The translations under genes and the position numbers were made by a program. This document shows, one piece after another, positions 16,787-34,940 of a stretch of 64,000 nt of DNA. Every line of letters starts with the position of its first letter. The stretch's first letter is position 1. Origin of the DNA: the human T2T-CHM13v2.0 reference genome, Homo sapiens. Under the pieces are notes generated by a model. The model did not search any database. It was not told the origin of the DNA and saw nothing but the letters and a program-made list of their open reading frames with translations. The DNA lies in NCBI RefSeq assembly GCF_009914755.1, contig NC_060941.1, one strand, 5' to 3'.

Positions 16787-19471
16787 GTGAGTGGCCGCCC
16801 AGCCCGCCCTCACGCACACCTGCAGAGCCTTGGAGCGCCGTGGGTTGAGTGGGGGTCTGTGGCTAGGGGAAGTACAGGCTGAGTGTTCAGATCTTCTCAT
16901 TTTCCTGGAAAAGCCAGGAATCTGGATTACTCCATGAGGGATTTGCTCATGTTTAAATACCATGCTTAACCCAACAAAATTCATCGGAGAGCACTAGTTT
17001 ACAACCTCCACATTAGTGGCGGTTCTTTCCCTGTGTCTTGCACTTATTTAACAAACATTTGCTGAGGTACATACCTGTTAGTGTTGGGCGTATGTCCTGT
17101 GCTCACTGGGAACAGAGACAGACGAGATGTGGTCCCTTTGGAGTGACCAGCACACGCCCCCATAGTCAAGGCACAAGGAGACAAGAAGCCGGTGTCCTGA
17201 GGAACAATAAAACAAGGCCTATGGGTGGTAGGAGGGCACCCTGAGGCTTAGGGGTGTGCACAAGTGGCAGTGGACACAGCTGGGGGTGTGGCAGCAGCTT
17301 TAAGCTGCCACAGCTGTCGTCCTGTGTCAGAGGCGACACATCAGATGGCTCCTGGCTTGCTTCTGCAACCCATCAACCCTGGGGGCTGTCCAGTAGCCTT
17401 TGAAGATTCCTTTTCTGCTTAGGTCAGTCAGGTGGCCTGGGTTCAGATCCCAGCTGTGGGCCGTGGTGGCTTAGGTGAGTGACCTGGGAGGGTCAAGCGC
17501 TGAGTTGTGACTGGTATGTAAGTCTGTCCAGCAGGACCAAATCCAGGAGGCACTGTAGTCTCGGAAGTTTGCCCTGCATGCCAGACAGGAGCATCTAAAC
17601 CCAACCAAGGGTCAAGCCTTCTATGCCTCAGTTTCCTCACCTGTCAGATGGAGATGATGGCCATGACCCTGCTGCCCAGGCTTTTGCAGGAATCAAGTGG
17701 GATCATGAATGTAACGCATTTGGTTCGGTGTCAGGCTGGGGTGTGTTCCTAACAAATGGAGGACTGTCATAGCTGAGGGCCTTCCTGCGAGTGTTGGGAT
17801 GAGGGGAGCTTGATGCAGACTCACTGAGAGATAACTAGAATTTGCCATCCAGCAGAAGGAAAAGGCTTCCCAGGAGGATGGAATGGTGTGAGCAAAGGCC
17901 TGGAGGTAAGTTGGGAAAGCCTGGCCGCACGCATCGTTGAGGAGCGCAGGGTCCCTGGACGAGGTCAAAGGTGTGTGGTGCAGGGTTGGGCTCAGGATGT
18001 GGCCGGGCCTCGCCACAGTCAGTCAGGATGGCCAGAGAAGCAGTGGGAGCCGAGGAGGCTTCTGTCTGAGATGTATTTGGGGCAGGTCTACATTTAGGAA
18101 GGAATTCACCCCCATGAGGGTGGATTTGAGGGGGATTGTGAGAATGGGTTACCCCAGGACAGTGTGACCAAAAAGGATACTGTACCTGCAGGTAAGAGAA
18201 GCTGGCCCCAAACTGGCTGGAAGCAGAGGTAAGGCAGGGACTTGCACGCAGGTGGCTGGTTTGAGAGGTGGCTTCAGGAAGCTGGAGTAAGGGAGGCAGG
18301 GAAGAACCAACACACAGGCGTGTCACTGAGACTGCTGCTGCAGGTGACGAGGGAGGATTCCCCGGCCTCGGAAGTGTCCAGAATGCCTCCCAGAAGTGAC
18401 CCTCTAAGGACAGGAGCCTAAGGCATTTGATTCCCGCAACAGCTGAGGGAGACCCCAGGGGGATTAACTTTCTTGCCACCTGGCTTTTGGGCTGGGTGGG
18501 CTTCTTTGGCTTCAGAGATATCTCTGAGGCAGAAAGTGAGTAATGAGATAGGACGCTGCCAGCTAAGGTCTCTCATGGCTACAGCTGAAGCCGGAGGTAA
18601 GCTGAGCCCCTGCGGCAAACAACAAGGGCATTTAGTGGCGTGATAATTGGCACTGCAAGGAAGGGGTGCTTATCAGCAGAGCTTCAAGGACGTGAGTTCC
18701 TTCTGCCTCTGGGCTCTGCCATCCTCAGCATCTCCCCAGAGCTTGATTCTCTTAATGGTTGCAGTCAAGGACACGGGCTTCCTTGTCTGCATCTAGCAGG
18801 ATGGAGAGAGCAAGAACTCTCCTTCCGACAGTGGCCCTTTAGTCTGATCAAGCCCCCTCAGGGTCTACACTGACCCTCAGCCTAACATCATGGCTGGGTG
18901 ACGGCCAGGCTGGGCTTACATGAACAGCCTGGGGTGGGAAGCACCGAGTTGTCACTAGCAGTTCCGTTGGGTCAAGCCACAGAGGTGGTGGAGTCTCAGA
19001 AGTTTGCCCTGCATGCCAGACAGGCAGCATCCAAACCCATGCATGGTCTTGCATGAATCAGCCCCTGACCTTGTCTCTACTCCCATCTCAACTTCTTCCC
19101 AGCCCTCTCCCCGCATTCTGCAGCCACCCTGGCCTTTGCTCAGTGCCTGGCATGTGCCAAGTTCTTTGCTGCCTGGGGCCCTTGCCTGTGCTGTCTTGGC
19201 TTCCAGGAATGTGCTCTCCTCTGCTCTTCTGCGGCTGGCTCCCTCAGGTCTCAGATTAAATGTCACCTCCCCAGAGAGACCTCTGAATCTCCTAACTGAA
19301 AGAGGCCTCCCTGTTATTTTCTCTCAGGGTGCCATCTTGATGTTCCTTACAGCACTTAACTCAAAGCATAATGGTTTTATTTACTTTTTAAAACATTTGG
19401 CCGGGCCCGGTGGTTCACACCTGTAATCCCAGCACTTTGGGAGGCCAAGGTGGGCGACTCACTTGAGGTCA

Positions 19472-19897
<426 letters not shown>

Positions 19898-19965
19898 TCA
19901 GAAAAGCATGCTAGATTTTTTTTTCTATCTTTTGCATAGTACAGTGTCTAGATGCTATCCAATGA

Positions 19966-20191
<226 letters not shown>

Positions 20192-20307
20192 TAGCCAGGA
20201 TGGTCTCCATCTCCTGACCTCAAGATCCACCTGCCTCAGCCTCCCATAGTGTTGGGATTACAGGCGTGAGCCTTGTACCCGGCCAAAGTATTGCTTTTTT
20301 AAAATAC

Positions 20308-20363
20308 TTTTTTGCCAGTACTTTTAATGGCAAAAACCACAGTTACTTTTGCACCAATCTAAT
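20308..20363. mobile_element. Partial MADE1 (Hsmar1 MITE)
   Basis: TTTTTGCCAGTACTTTTAATGGCAAAAACCACAGTTACTTTTGCACCAATCTAATA matches the centre and right TIR of MADE1. Confidence 0.75.
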
Positions 20364-20666
20364 ATTAACTACCTGGTTAACATTTTCCTCATTTTACTAA
20401 AAATAGAGTGTAGGGAGAATAAATAAAGTTACTGGAATGTTCCCCTAGCTGTTATCCAGGGAATCCAAGGTTAGCCATAAGTTGGGTCCCATTTAATTTA
20501 AGATATTTGTACCTTCCATGGGGCTTTACAATCTACAAAGGCATGCCTGGCCAGGTGCAGTGGCTCACGCCTGTAATCCCAGCACTTTGGGAGGCTGAGG
20601 TGGGAGGATTTATTGTGACCAGGAGCTCGAGACCAGCCTGGTCAACACAGCAAGACCCCATCCCTA

Positions 20667-20975
<309 letters not shown>

Positions 20976-21454
20976 TTAAGTTAAATTTAAAAGATTTTTA
21001 AAAAATAAATAGAAGGGTATGCCTATGCTGGTAACAGCAACTAAAACGCCCATTACCGAATAGGTGTCAGGCACTCTTCCAGTGCTTTTTATAGCTTATT
21101 TCACTTGGTCTTTATAACACCTGTAACACACATGATATCCTTATACCCGTTTAACAGATGTGGACGTTGAAGCTCACAGATGTTGGGTAACTTGTTCAAG
21201 GTCTCACCACATGGTTCAGCAGACCTGAACCATGGTCTGCTGGTTCTTTGAAAAGCCCATTTCTGACAGAAGGTCTCGGTACTGCTTCCCAGCCTGGAAC
21301 ACCCCCACGCCTGCACACTGCCTGTCACCCCACCCCAGTGCTGATGGTGCTGTGGCCAGGCTGACTCTGAAAGAGTACTGAGGAGGGAGGTGCAGCTGTG
21401 TTTTCAACTCTGTGGCAGCCAAGAAAATGGGCCTTTCTCCCTTTTTCTCCCCAG

Positions 21455-21601
21455 ATCATCTACCTTCGGCGGTTCAAGTGCCTGCGGACGCTCAGCCTCT
21501 CTAGGAACCCTATCTCTGAGGCAGAGGATTACAAGATGTTCATCTGTGCCTACCTTCCTGACCTCATGTACCTGGACTACTGGCGCATTGATGACCACAC
21601 A
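21455..21601 (+). CDS. DRC3: DRC3 coding exon 4 (LRR cap: IIYLRRFKCLRTLSLSRNPIS...LMYLDYWRIDDHT); GC donor
   Basis: ctccccag| ... ACA|GCAAGT; 147 nt, phase 0 matches the next exon. Confidence 0.92.
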
Positions 21602-21847
21602 GCAAGTGTCTCCCTCTCAGTCTCCCAGCCCTGTGAGACAGATTCCTCAAGCCCCCAGGTTTCTTGGAAAAGGGGCATTGAAGAGTAGCTTCCCCTGCCC
21701 ACAACTAGGAGAGAAAGGGCAGCTCCCTCTTCCTAATCCCTTTACCTGACTCTGTCAGAGTGATTCCAGCAGCACCCTTGTAAGTACTGTTTTGTGTGCG
21801 TTCCCAGGGGCCAGGCCTCTTCCACACACTGTCCCAGGGCCACCTCA

Positions 21848-22169
<322 letters not shown>

Positions 22170-22988
22170 TTAAAAAATTAGAAAAGAAAAGAAGTTGAGG
22201 AGGCCCAAGGAGGGCAAGCAGCCAGGATCACTGGCTCAAGGCCAAGCCAGGATTCACCCTAAGTTGGTGTCATCCCAGGAGCAATATTAACAGCTGAGCT
22301 CCAGAGGGAACCAGGCCATCAGAGGCTCAGGCCTGGCTCTCAGGGGCAGAGTCAGGGCTGGAGGTAGAGACCTGAGTGTCATCTGAGGATTGCCAATTGG
22401 CAGTAGTTGAAGCCATGGTACAGGTGGGATCACCTGGGGCACATGGAGTGAGCTGGGGGACGGGGACTAAGTTCTAGAGGTGCCAGCATTCCTGGCCAGG
22501 TACAGGGGGATGAGCCAGTGCGGTGGAGAGAGCCAAGGGCCAGACCCTCGTGACCAGCCCTATGGCCTCACTCTACCTCTGTCCTGTTGTCCTCCTTCCC
22601 TAAAAGAGGGCCAGAAGGCCTGCTGAGGGCTGTTGGGAGTGAGAGAGCAAGTCCTCTGTGGAGAACACCCAGTCTGGGGCGAGGGGAGCGCTCCATTGCT
22701 GTGGCTCCTGCCCTGGAGATGGCCCCGGGAACCCCAGCCTGCCACGCTGCCTTCCGCTCCTCCTGGTCTTTCCCTGATTTCCCTGCGCTCACAAAAACCT
22801 GGTGAGGGTCATCAGGAGATGGGCATTCTCATCCACGAGACCTCATGGCTTTCACAGCCTTCATGCAGGCCCCTGTGCAACACCCCTGCCCATGCGCGGG
22901 AGGCTGCAGCATGGCAGAGGCGGCATGGCAGAGGCGGTGTGGCTCGGAGGAACCTCTGGTAACAATGCCACTCCCGTTCCCTGGTCAG

Positions 22989-23108
22989 AAAAAGCTTGCG
23001 GAGGCTAAGCACCAGTACAGCATCGACGAGCTGAAGCACCAGGAGAACCTGATGCAGGCCCAGCTGGAGGACGAGCAGGCGCAGCGGGAGGAGCTAGAGA
23101 AGCACAAG
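22989..23108 (+). CDS. DRC3: DRC3 coding exon 5 (KKLAEAKHQYSIDELKHQENLMQAQLEDEQAQREELEKHK)
   Basis: ggtcag| ... AAG|GTACCG; 120 nt, coiled-coil-like. Confidence 0.92.
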
Positions 23109-23688
23109 GTACCGCTCCGGCAGGCTGCACGCCCTCGGCCCCCTCAGATGCCCACAAGAGGGCACTGATCAAGTAAAACGGTCCTCAGGGATCCCCAGGC
23201 TCTGAAAACACAGAAATCATGCTCCCTCCACAGGGCCTGATGCCCTCTCCCTTCCTGGCTCATCTGCTGTCTGCCCCAGGGCCAGCTCCGTCTCAGTCCA
23301 GACCCTGACCCTACTCCTTACTGGCATTCCTGCCTCCAGCTGCTGGAGAGAATGTGCTAAAAACAGTCTGTCAGAGGCCCCTTAAGACCCTTAAGGCAGT
23401 TCCCCATGACATGCCAGGAACGGCTCAGGTCCTGTAGCCATGGCCCTGAATTCATGACTGGACCCAGTTGGCCTCTTTCCCACCAGTCTCCACCCCTCCT
23501 TGCAACCAGACTGAGAAATGTATAACATTCTGGAAACAGCCTGCAGTTTTATGCCTCTGCACCTCTGCACATGCCATTCTCTTTGTCTGGAACATGCTCC
23601 CTCCTGACCTGCCTTCCTCATGGGCCTGTGAGATGATGCAGGGGCCCCTGACAGGAGCCGTCCTACCTACGTGTGTTTCTGCCTGCAG

Positions 23689-23801
23689 ACTGCGTTTGTG
23701 GAACACCTGAATGGCTCCTTCCTGTTTGACAGCATGTACGCTGAGGACTCAGAGGGCAACAATCTGTCCTACCTGCCTGGTGTCGGTGAGCTCCTTGAGA
23801 C
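23689..23801 (+). CDS. DRC3: DRC3 coding exon 6 (TAFVEHLNGSFLFDSMYAEDSEGNNLSYLPGVGELLE), followed by a U12 donor
   Basis: ctgcag| ... AC|ATATCCTT; 113 nt. Confidence 0.92.
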
Positions 23802-26149
<2,348 letters not shown>

Positions 26150-26324
26150 CTACAAGGACAAGTTTGTCATCATCTGCGTGAATATTTTTGAGTATGGCCT
26201 GAAACAGCAGGAGAAGCGGAAAACAGAGCTTGACACCTTCAGTGAATGTGTCCGTGAGGCCATCCAGGAAAACCAGGAGCAGGGCAAACGCAAGATTGCC
26301 AAATTCGAGGAGAAGCACTTGTCG
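26150..26324 (+). CDS. DRC3: DRC3 coding exon 7 (TYKDKFVIICVNIFEYGLKQQEKRK...FEEKHLS)
   Basis: AC acceptor; donor TCG|GTAGGC; 175 nt. Confidence 0.92.
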
Positions 26325-28603
26325 GTAGGCCCCGAGCCTCCTGAGGCCCTCCCTGTCTCCTGCTGCAGGCCCTCCCTGCTCTTGCCACTCCCACTGTAGG
26401 GGGACTGCAACTCCTGTACCCTCTGATGACCCCTGAGGCCAATGGTTATTGTCCCCATTTGCCAGAGATCATACAGCTAATCAGTGGCAGAGCCAAGGCC
26501 CGCCTTACACCAGCACCACCAACCACAGCTCCCCACTGCTTGACGTGTGGCCTGTGGGTCTTTGTCACACAAAGTGCCCTTGGGATTCAAGGTCGGCCCT
26601 ACCCCCCAACTTATCATCATCGTTACTATTAATAACAGTATTAGTATGACCATTACTATTTTGACAGTAATGATTACCATCCTTTTATTCATTCATTCAT
26701 TTAATAGACATTTTCTGAGCTCTACTCTCTGCCTGATCCTAAGAAGCTAGAGCCACACTGGACATGGTTCCTGCCCTTGTGGGGCTCAGACCCAGGCCCA
26801 GGCCCCACCCCTCACCTGAGCAAGCAGAGGGATCAGTGCCATCCTGGAGGGAAGCCTGGGGAGCCTTGGGGGTGCCCTAGGGGCGCCTTATCTCAGGCTG
26901 GGGAGTTTAGGGAAGGCTGAGGCTCACAGAAGAAAGAAAAGTTGATGGGGAGGAAGGGCGTTCCTCCACCCACTAGGAGCAGCAAAGGAGAAGACTCTGG
27001 GTGGTCAGGACTCAGCCTAACCAGGCCATGGGGTCCAGCCCAAGCAGGGGCCATTGGGAAGGGCACCAATCTTTGTATTTGATGGCAACTGCCTCTTTGA
27101 GTTGGCATTACTTTTAAAGACAGGATGCTTAGCCTGTTGTAAATCACAGATCTTTGTGAGATGCTAAGGAAAGCTGTGGACCTTCTTTTTCCTCAAAAAA
27201 CTGTTCACACACACCAAGCTTGCTTGTAGCATAAGGGGCTTTAGGGAGCCCATCCTTGTTGTGAACTTAAGGCCCTTCCTTGTTGTGAACTTAAAGTAGA
27301 GCAAAGTCCCTCGATGCGCAAGTTCAGATCTGATGGAGTTGGTGATCCACTCCCATGTGCTTCCCGCCTCCCCAACGGCCACCCCCATTCCTGTCTCATT
27401 AACCTCCAGGGCCTCACATGTTGTGCGATTTAATTCTCAAGACCCTCCTTGTTATATTTTAGGGAGCAGGGGTTACTGCATTCAACCAGAAGTTCAAAAC
27501 TGTCAGCAGAAGAATACATTTGGCTCACATATGTGTTTTATGTGGCCTGAATAGGGTTTTAAAACATTTCGAACATCCTGCTGACATTAGAAACTAGCAG
27601 ATTTCACAGAAAAAATTGTGGTTGCCAGCTTCTCTGGAAGCAACTGTCATCAGGGCTTGAGTGGCAGTTGTCCCCTCTGGACAGGTCATGTCTCCAGTCC
27701 CGCAGTCCCTGTCCAGCCTTCCTTCCTGATATTTATCTGGTCCCTGTAGCCACTGGGCTTGGGAGTGTCAGCTAGCTGGCTCTTCCTGAGGCCTGGTGCA
27801 GGGACCCAGCCCCTCAGCAGCGAGTCCCTCTGCAGAAGCAGGATATGGGCCATGCCAAGCCTGACTTGGAACATGGAACGTGCCACTTGCTCCTCCGTTC
27901 AGGCACCTGCCTTCATTGCGGGCCAGCTCCTCAAAGGCCACCTCGGACGAGCTGACCATCCTAGTGCTCCCCTTCTAGAGCCAAGAGCAGTGGATCCTGC
28001 TCAGCCTGCATGCGGAGTCCCTGGGCCCTGGAAATGTGCTCACATTCAGGCCCAGCAGCACCCTGTGGCCTGGCACAGGGATTTTCCATTGTTCCCTGGG
28101 TGCTTTCCATGCACAGCCTGGATAGAGGCCACTGACTTGGAAGTTCCCAAGACCCCATAGGCCCTGCAGACCTCCAGTTCCCTCCCTGACAGGCCCTCTC
28201 CTATAGGTTTTCCTACGCTCCTCCCACTCATCCCCATTAGGCCTCATCCATTGCACACAGTGCACTGCTCCAGGTGCCCAGTGAGTCACGTTTCAGGGTC
28301 ATGCTGCAGCCATGTAAGGCTTGGGGCTCAGGCAGACTCCTCACTGGTGACCCAGAGACACATTATTGACCCTCTCCTAGCCTCCATTTCCTCATTTGCA
28401 GAACAGAGATAACCACCTTGAAGAACTGTAGTGAGAAACAGAGAGGGAAAGCACTTGTGCAAGGCCTGGAGCAGAGTCAGCCCAAAAGGATGACAGCACG
28501 TCTGTGTGTAGTCAGCTGCACTCTCGAATGAGTAGTGTGTGCACATGGCACAGCCTGAAGAATGGCCACTGGGGGATACGGTCTCCCTCCTACTCCTGTA
28601 TCT

Positions 28604-28765
28604 CTGTGTGTGTGTGTGTGCGTGCGTGCACACGCGCACATAGCATGCCCTATTCTGTACTTTGCTTTCGTGTGTGTGTGTGAGCATAGCATGCCCTGTT
28701 CTGTACTTTGCTTTCCTATGTGTGTGTGCGTGTATGCATAGCATGCCCTGTTTTGTACTTTGCTT

Positions 28766-28800
<35 letters not shown>

Positions 28801-29041
28801 CATAGCATGCCTTGTTCTGTACTTTGCTTTCCTATGTGTGTGTACATGTATGCATAGCATGCCCTGTTCTGTACTTTGCTTTCCTGTGTGTGTGTGTGTG
28901 TGCATAGCATGCCGTTCTGTACTTTGCTTTCACGTGAGTGTGTGTGTGTGTGTGTGTGCATAGCATGCCTTGCTCTGTACTTTGCTTTCGTGTGTGTGTG
29001 TGTGCGCGCATAGCATGCCCTGTTCTGTACTTTGCTTTCAC

Positions 29042-29072
<31 letters not shown>

Positions 29073-29104
29073 CATAGCATGCCTTGTTCTGTACTTTGCT
29101 TTCC
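28604..29104. repeat. Compound minisatellite: 9 copies of a ~31-bp constant unit separated by variable (TG)n
   Basis: CATAGCATGCCCTGTTCTGTACTTTGCTTTC at 28639, 28685, 28737, 28801, 28853, 28903, 28959, 29009, 29073. Confidence 0.93.
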
Positions 29105-29560
29105 TATATTATGCATCTTGGAGAGCCTTCCAAAATGAAAAAGTAGCTTCTTTTTTTTATAGCTAAAATATCGCATTGCATGGGTGAGCCATAATTATTT
29201 AGCCAGTCCCTGTTGATGGACAGTTAGGTTTTTTCCCAACCTTTTGCTCTTTTAGTGTTCCACTGAATAAGTTGGTGCAAGTTTGACCTGCAGGATGAAG
29301 TCCTAGAAGTGGAACTGTGCATTGGTTTTTTTCATGGTTATTGTCCAACTGTAACCTACAGAACCTGTACCTTCCACAGCCGTCATCAGGCCAGTGTCAC
29401 AGGCTTCCTCATGTTTGCCAATCTGTGCACCCTGAGTATGCATTTATTTTCTCTTAAGTGGGGATGAGCAACACGTTTTACATGTTTTACAACCATTTGT
29501 GTTTTTTATTCTGTGAATTATTTGTACTTATATTTTGCCCTTGCCCACTTTTCTATTTGG
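29105..29560 (-). mobile_element. Old L1M(E/C)-type fragment continuing from the minisatellite
   Basis: Degenerate antisense L1 motifs (ccctgttgatggacagttaggtttttt; cctagaagtggaac). Confidence 0.55.
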
Positions 29561-29589
29561 TTTTTGGTTTCTCTCTCTCTTCTTAAATT

Positions 29590-30924
<1,335 letters not shown>

Positions 30925-31534
30925 TCATCAGGAATTTGTTTTCATGTAAGGCTTGAGGTAGGGATCGAGCCTGGTTTTTCTCCAGACAGGGTAGCTATTA
31001 TTATGTCATTCGCCCCCTTCAATCATGCTGTTACTCCATCCTCCTTCATGACTAATACCAGGCATCAACAAAAACAAGCCAAAATCACATCTGGTGTTGG
31101 TGGTAACCCAGGCCCTTTGCTAGTAAGCAGCTGGTAGTCAGTGCTGTTTGGACCCCAGGTTGCCATATACCCTCTGAGCACCCCCTCATTCCAAAGGGCT
31201 CAGCATCTATTTAGCAGTAGCTTCCACTTGCTCACTGGGGTTCTGTGTGGGTTCAATTCATCTCCTCAAAGACTGGAACTGTCTTTCCTTGCCAGGGTCT
31301 TTCCTGGCCTGTGCCTGTGATAGGCCTTTTATAGGAGACTCCGGTAGCCGAGCTCCACTGTGCACCAGGTGCTTCCTGTACACGGCCTCTGATCCCCAGG
31401 ACCCCGTGAGGCAGAGATGCTTCTCCCCATTTACAGTGAGGAAACTGAGTCAGCGAATGAAAGTGGGTCTCTCAAGGTCACACTGTTAAGTGACCCAGGC
31501 AGGATTCAAATTCAGGTTCACCTAACTCTGAAGT

Positions 31535-32712
<1,178 letters not shown>

Positions 32713-33049
32713 AAAGCCATGGCTCCTTCTACCCTGCCTACCAGCCTCTAATAAAAACCTGAGCTAACAGGGAGTGAGCACTTGCTAGTGCTCAAAGAGC
32801 CTCACATGTGTTCTCTCACTTGTGTCAAGGGTAGGGGCTATCAATCGCACTTTACAGACCAGGAAACTGAGGCATGGAGAGGGTAGGTAGCTTCTACACG
32901 CTTTCAGAGCCAGCAAATGGCAAAGCTGAGACTTGCACTTGGGCAGGCTGACTCGAGTCCAAATTCTTACCCACAAAACCAAATTGCCACCTGCCATTAT
33001 CTAATTACACTTAGTTGTTGATTCCTAAAGTGCAGTCTATTGTTTCTAG

Positions 33050-33181
33050 AGTTTAAGTGCCATTCGAGAGGAGTTGGAACTGCCCAACATTGAGAAGATG
33101 ATCCTAGAATGCAGTGCTGACATCAGTGAGTTGTTCGATGCGCTCATGACGCTGGAGATGCAGCTGGTGGAGCAGCTGGAG
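33050..33181 (+). CDS. DRC3: DRC3 coding exon 8 (SLSAIREELELPNIEKMILECSADISELFDALMTLEMQLVEQLE)
   Basis: tttctag| ... GAG|GTAAGG; 132 nt. Confidence 0.93.
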
Positions 33182-34869
33182 GTAAGGCTGGGCCCTGGGC
33201 ACAAGTGCCAGAATCTGGCGATGCAGCTGCACATCCATAGGTGAACTGTAGCCTTCATGGGCACGCCTCTGCTGGAAACGTCCAGCACGACTCAGCGTGG
33301 CAGGCTGTAGCTTTCTTGCTCATCAGTCCTGTTTGCTTTTATTACATTTTAATCATTTACATTGGAAGTGATTCTTGTGGAAAATGAGAGGTGAGCTCAT
33401 TCTTCTGAAATGGTCCCCCTATCCTGGAAGTCAGTGGGGAGAGGTTTTTGATTAGACCCCTGGAGCTATCCGGGTACTCTAAAGGCAAAGCGCACCCCCA
33501 CTTGGGGACCAAACAAAGACCCCTCCGCATTGCAGCCTGCAGTTGCCGCTTCTCAGGTGACGTGAGGAGGCTGCAACTCAGCACTAAGTAGTGAAAATGA
33601 AAAGCGCCGCTGTCTGAAATTCATTAGCAGCCAGAGTATGTGTTACAAGGCAGCGGAGGCTGGGAGTCTGAAGTGGTGTGATGAATTGAACCTCATCGGA
33701 TGCTGCTGTGGCTGGGCCAAGTGATAGCACCTAATCAATTCCTCACACGTCAAGTGACACCTCAGACATGGGATAGATTTCCCCATCACATCACAGGGCA
33801 GGTGCTCCCTCCCTGCTGGAGAGCACAGGCACTGCAGAAGCAGCGCACAGTGCCAGGGGCGAGTGAGGCAGCAGCTCCCAGCCTTTTCAGGCACGGAGAT
33901 TGCCTTTCAACATCCAAACATTTCCCAGAACCCATGTGCCATCCTACTTGTATTACTGGTGGCCAGAAAGCCACAAGCGCAATCATGCTTTTCAATGACC
34001 CTATTTTTATTCACGAGAACAGCACATACATGTGTTTGAAAATTATGTGAGGTGCTCACTCTGCAGACAGTACTCACATTCCTATAGATTCCACCCCTGC
34101 CCACCTTGCAGCCCCTGGAGTCTATAGCAGATGGGAGTGGGGCACTCCGAGAGTGGCAGGCCTGGAGATCACATCTTCCATTGTTCCTTCAATCAACACT
34201 AACTCCCATTTGGGCCTTAGGTGCCTTGCTAAGCACCACAAAACAGCAACTAACTGAAAGAGATCTGGAGTGCCAGCCCGCTCCTACTGAGGGCCTCCTC
34301 TCTGTCAGGCACCTTGCAAAGCATTTTGTGTGAAGTGACTCATTTAACCTCACCACAACGCCACAACGCAGGGATTATGCAGGTAACCTATTTCCCAGAT
34401 GAGGAAGATAAGGCCCAAGGAGGTGAAATGCCTTTCCCAGAGTTACACAGAGTGCTGGAGCTGGGAATACTGACCCAGGCAGTCTAGCTCTTAACAGCTC
34501 ACTCCACTGTTTCCCTGGAGGTGATGCACAGATGTCACTGGGAAACCCAAAGGAGAGGGGGTTGGCTGTGTGTGTGTGTGTTGGGCAGGCAGGTAAGGGG
34601 AGTAAGACCAGGACAAGTGTTCCTGGCAAAGTTCCGGTGACAGCATTAAACATTCAGATGGTGAGGGAGTTAATATGGTTGGAGAACAACAACTTTAGAG
34701 AGAGCAGAGGGGTCAGTTCACAACCATCTGCTCAGGAGGGTCAAGATGGGTGGTCTTTATGCTGAAGGTCTGTGATTAGAGGAGCTGGTTGCTAAATTTT
34801 GAGGAGTACCTTTTGCTCTGTGCTGGACATCTAAATATGCATGTTAACTGTGTTCTTTAACATTTCCAG

Positions 34870-34940
34870 GAGACTATAAACATGTTTGAAAGGAACATTG
34901 TTGACATGGTAGGACTGTTTATCGAAAATGTCCAAAGCCT
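34870..34940 (+). CDS. DRC3: DRC3 coding exon 9 (ETINMFERNIVDMVGLFIENVQS), followed by a U12 donor
   Basis: tttccag| ... CT|ATATCCTTT; 71 nt. Confidence 0.92.

Noticed and set aside
16526-16984. Antisense ORFs over DRC3 exons (also 12501-12815, 25995-26318, 33046-33288)
   Set aside because: Shadow frames of codon-biased coding exons, with no independent support
20308-20363. Possible miR-548-type hairpin from MADE1
   Set aside because: Most of the left TIR is missing, so the stem is too short for a pre-miRNA
28604-29104. CRISPR-like repeat-spacer layout
   Set aside because: Spacers are simple (TG)n, there are no cas genes and the context is a human intron; it is a compound minisatellite
28328-29176. 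HT/CV-rich repetitive ORFs
   Set aside because: Translations of the (TG)n minisatellite
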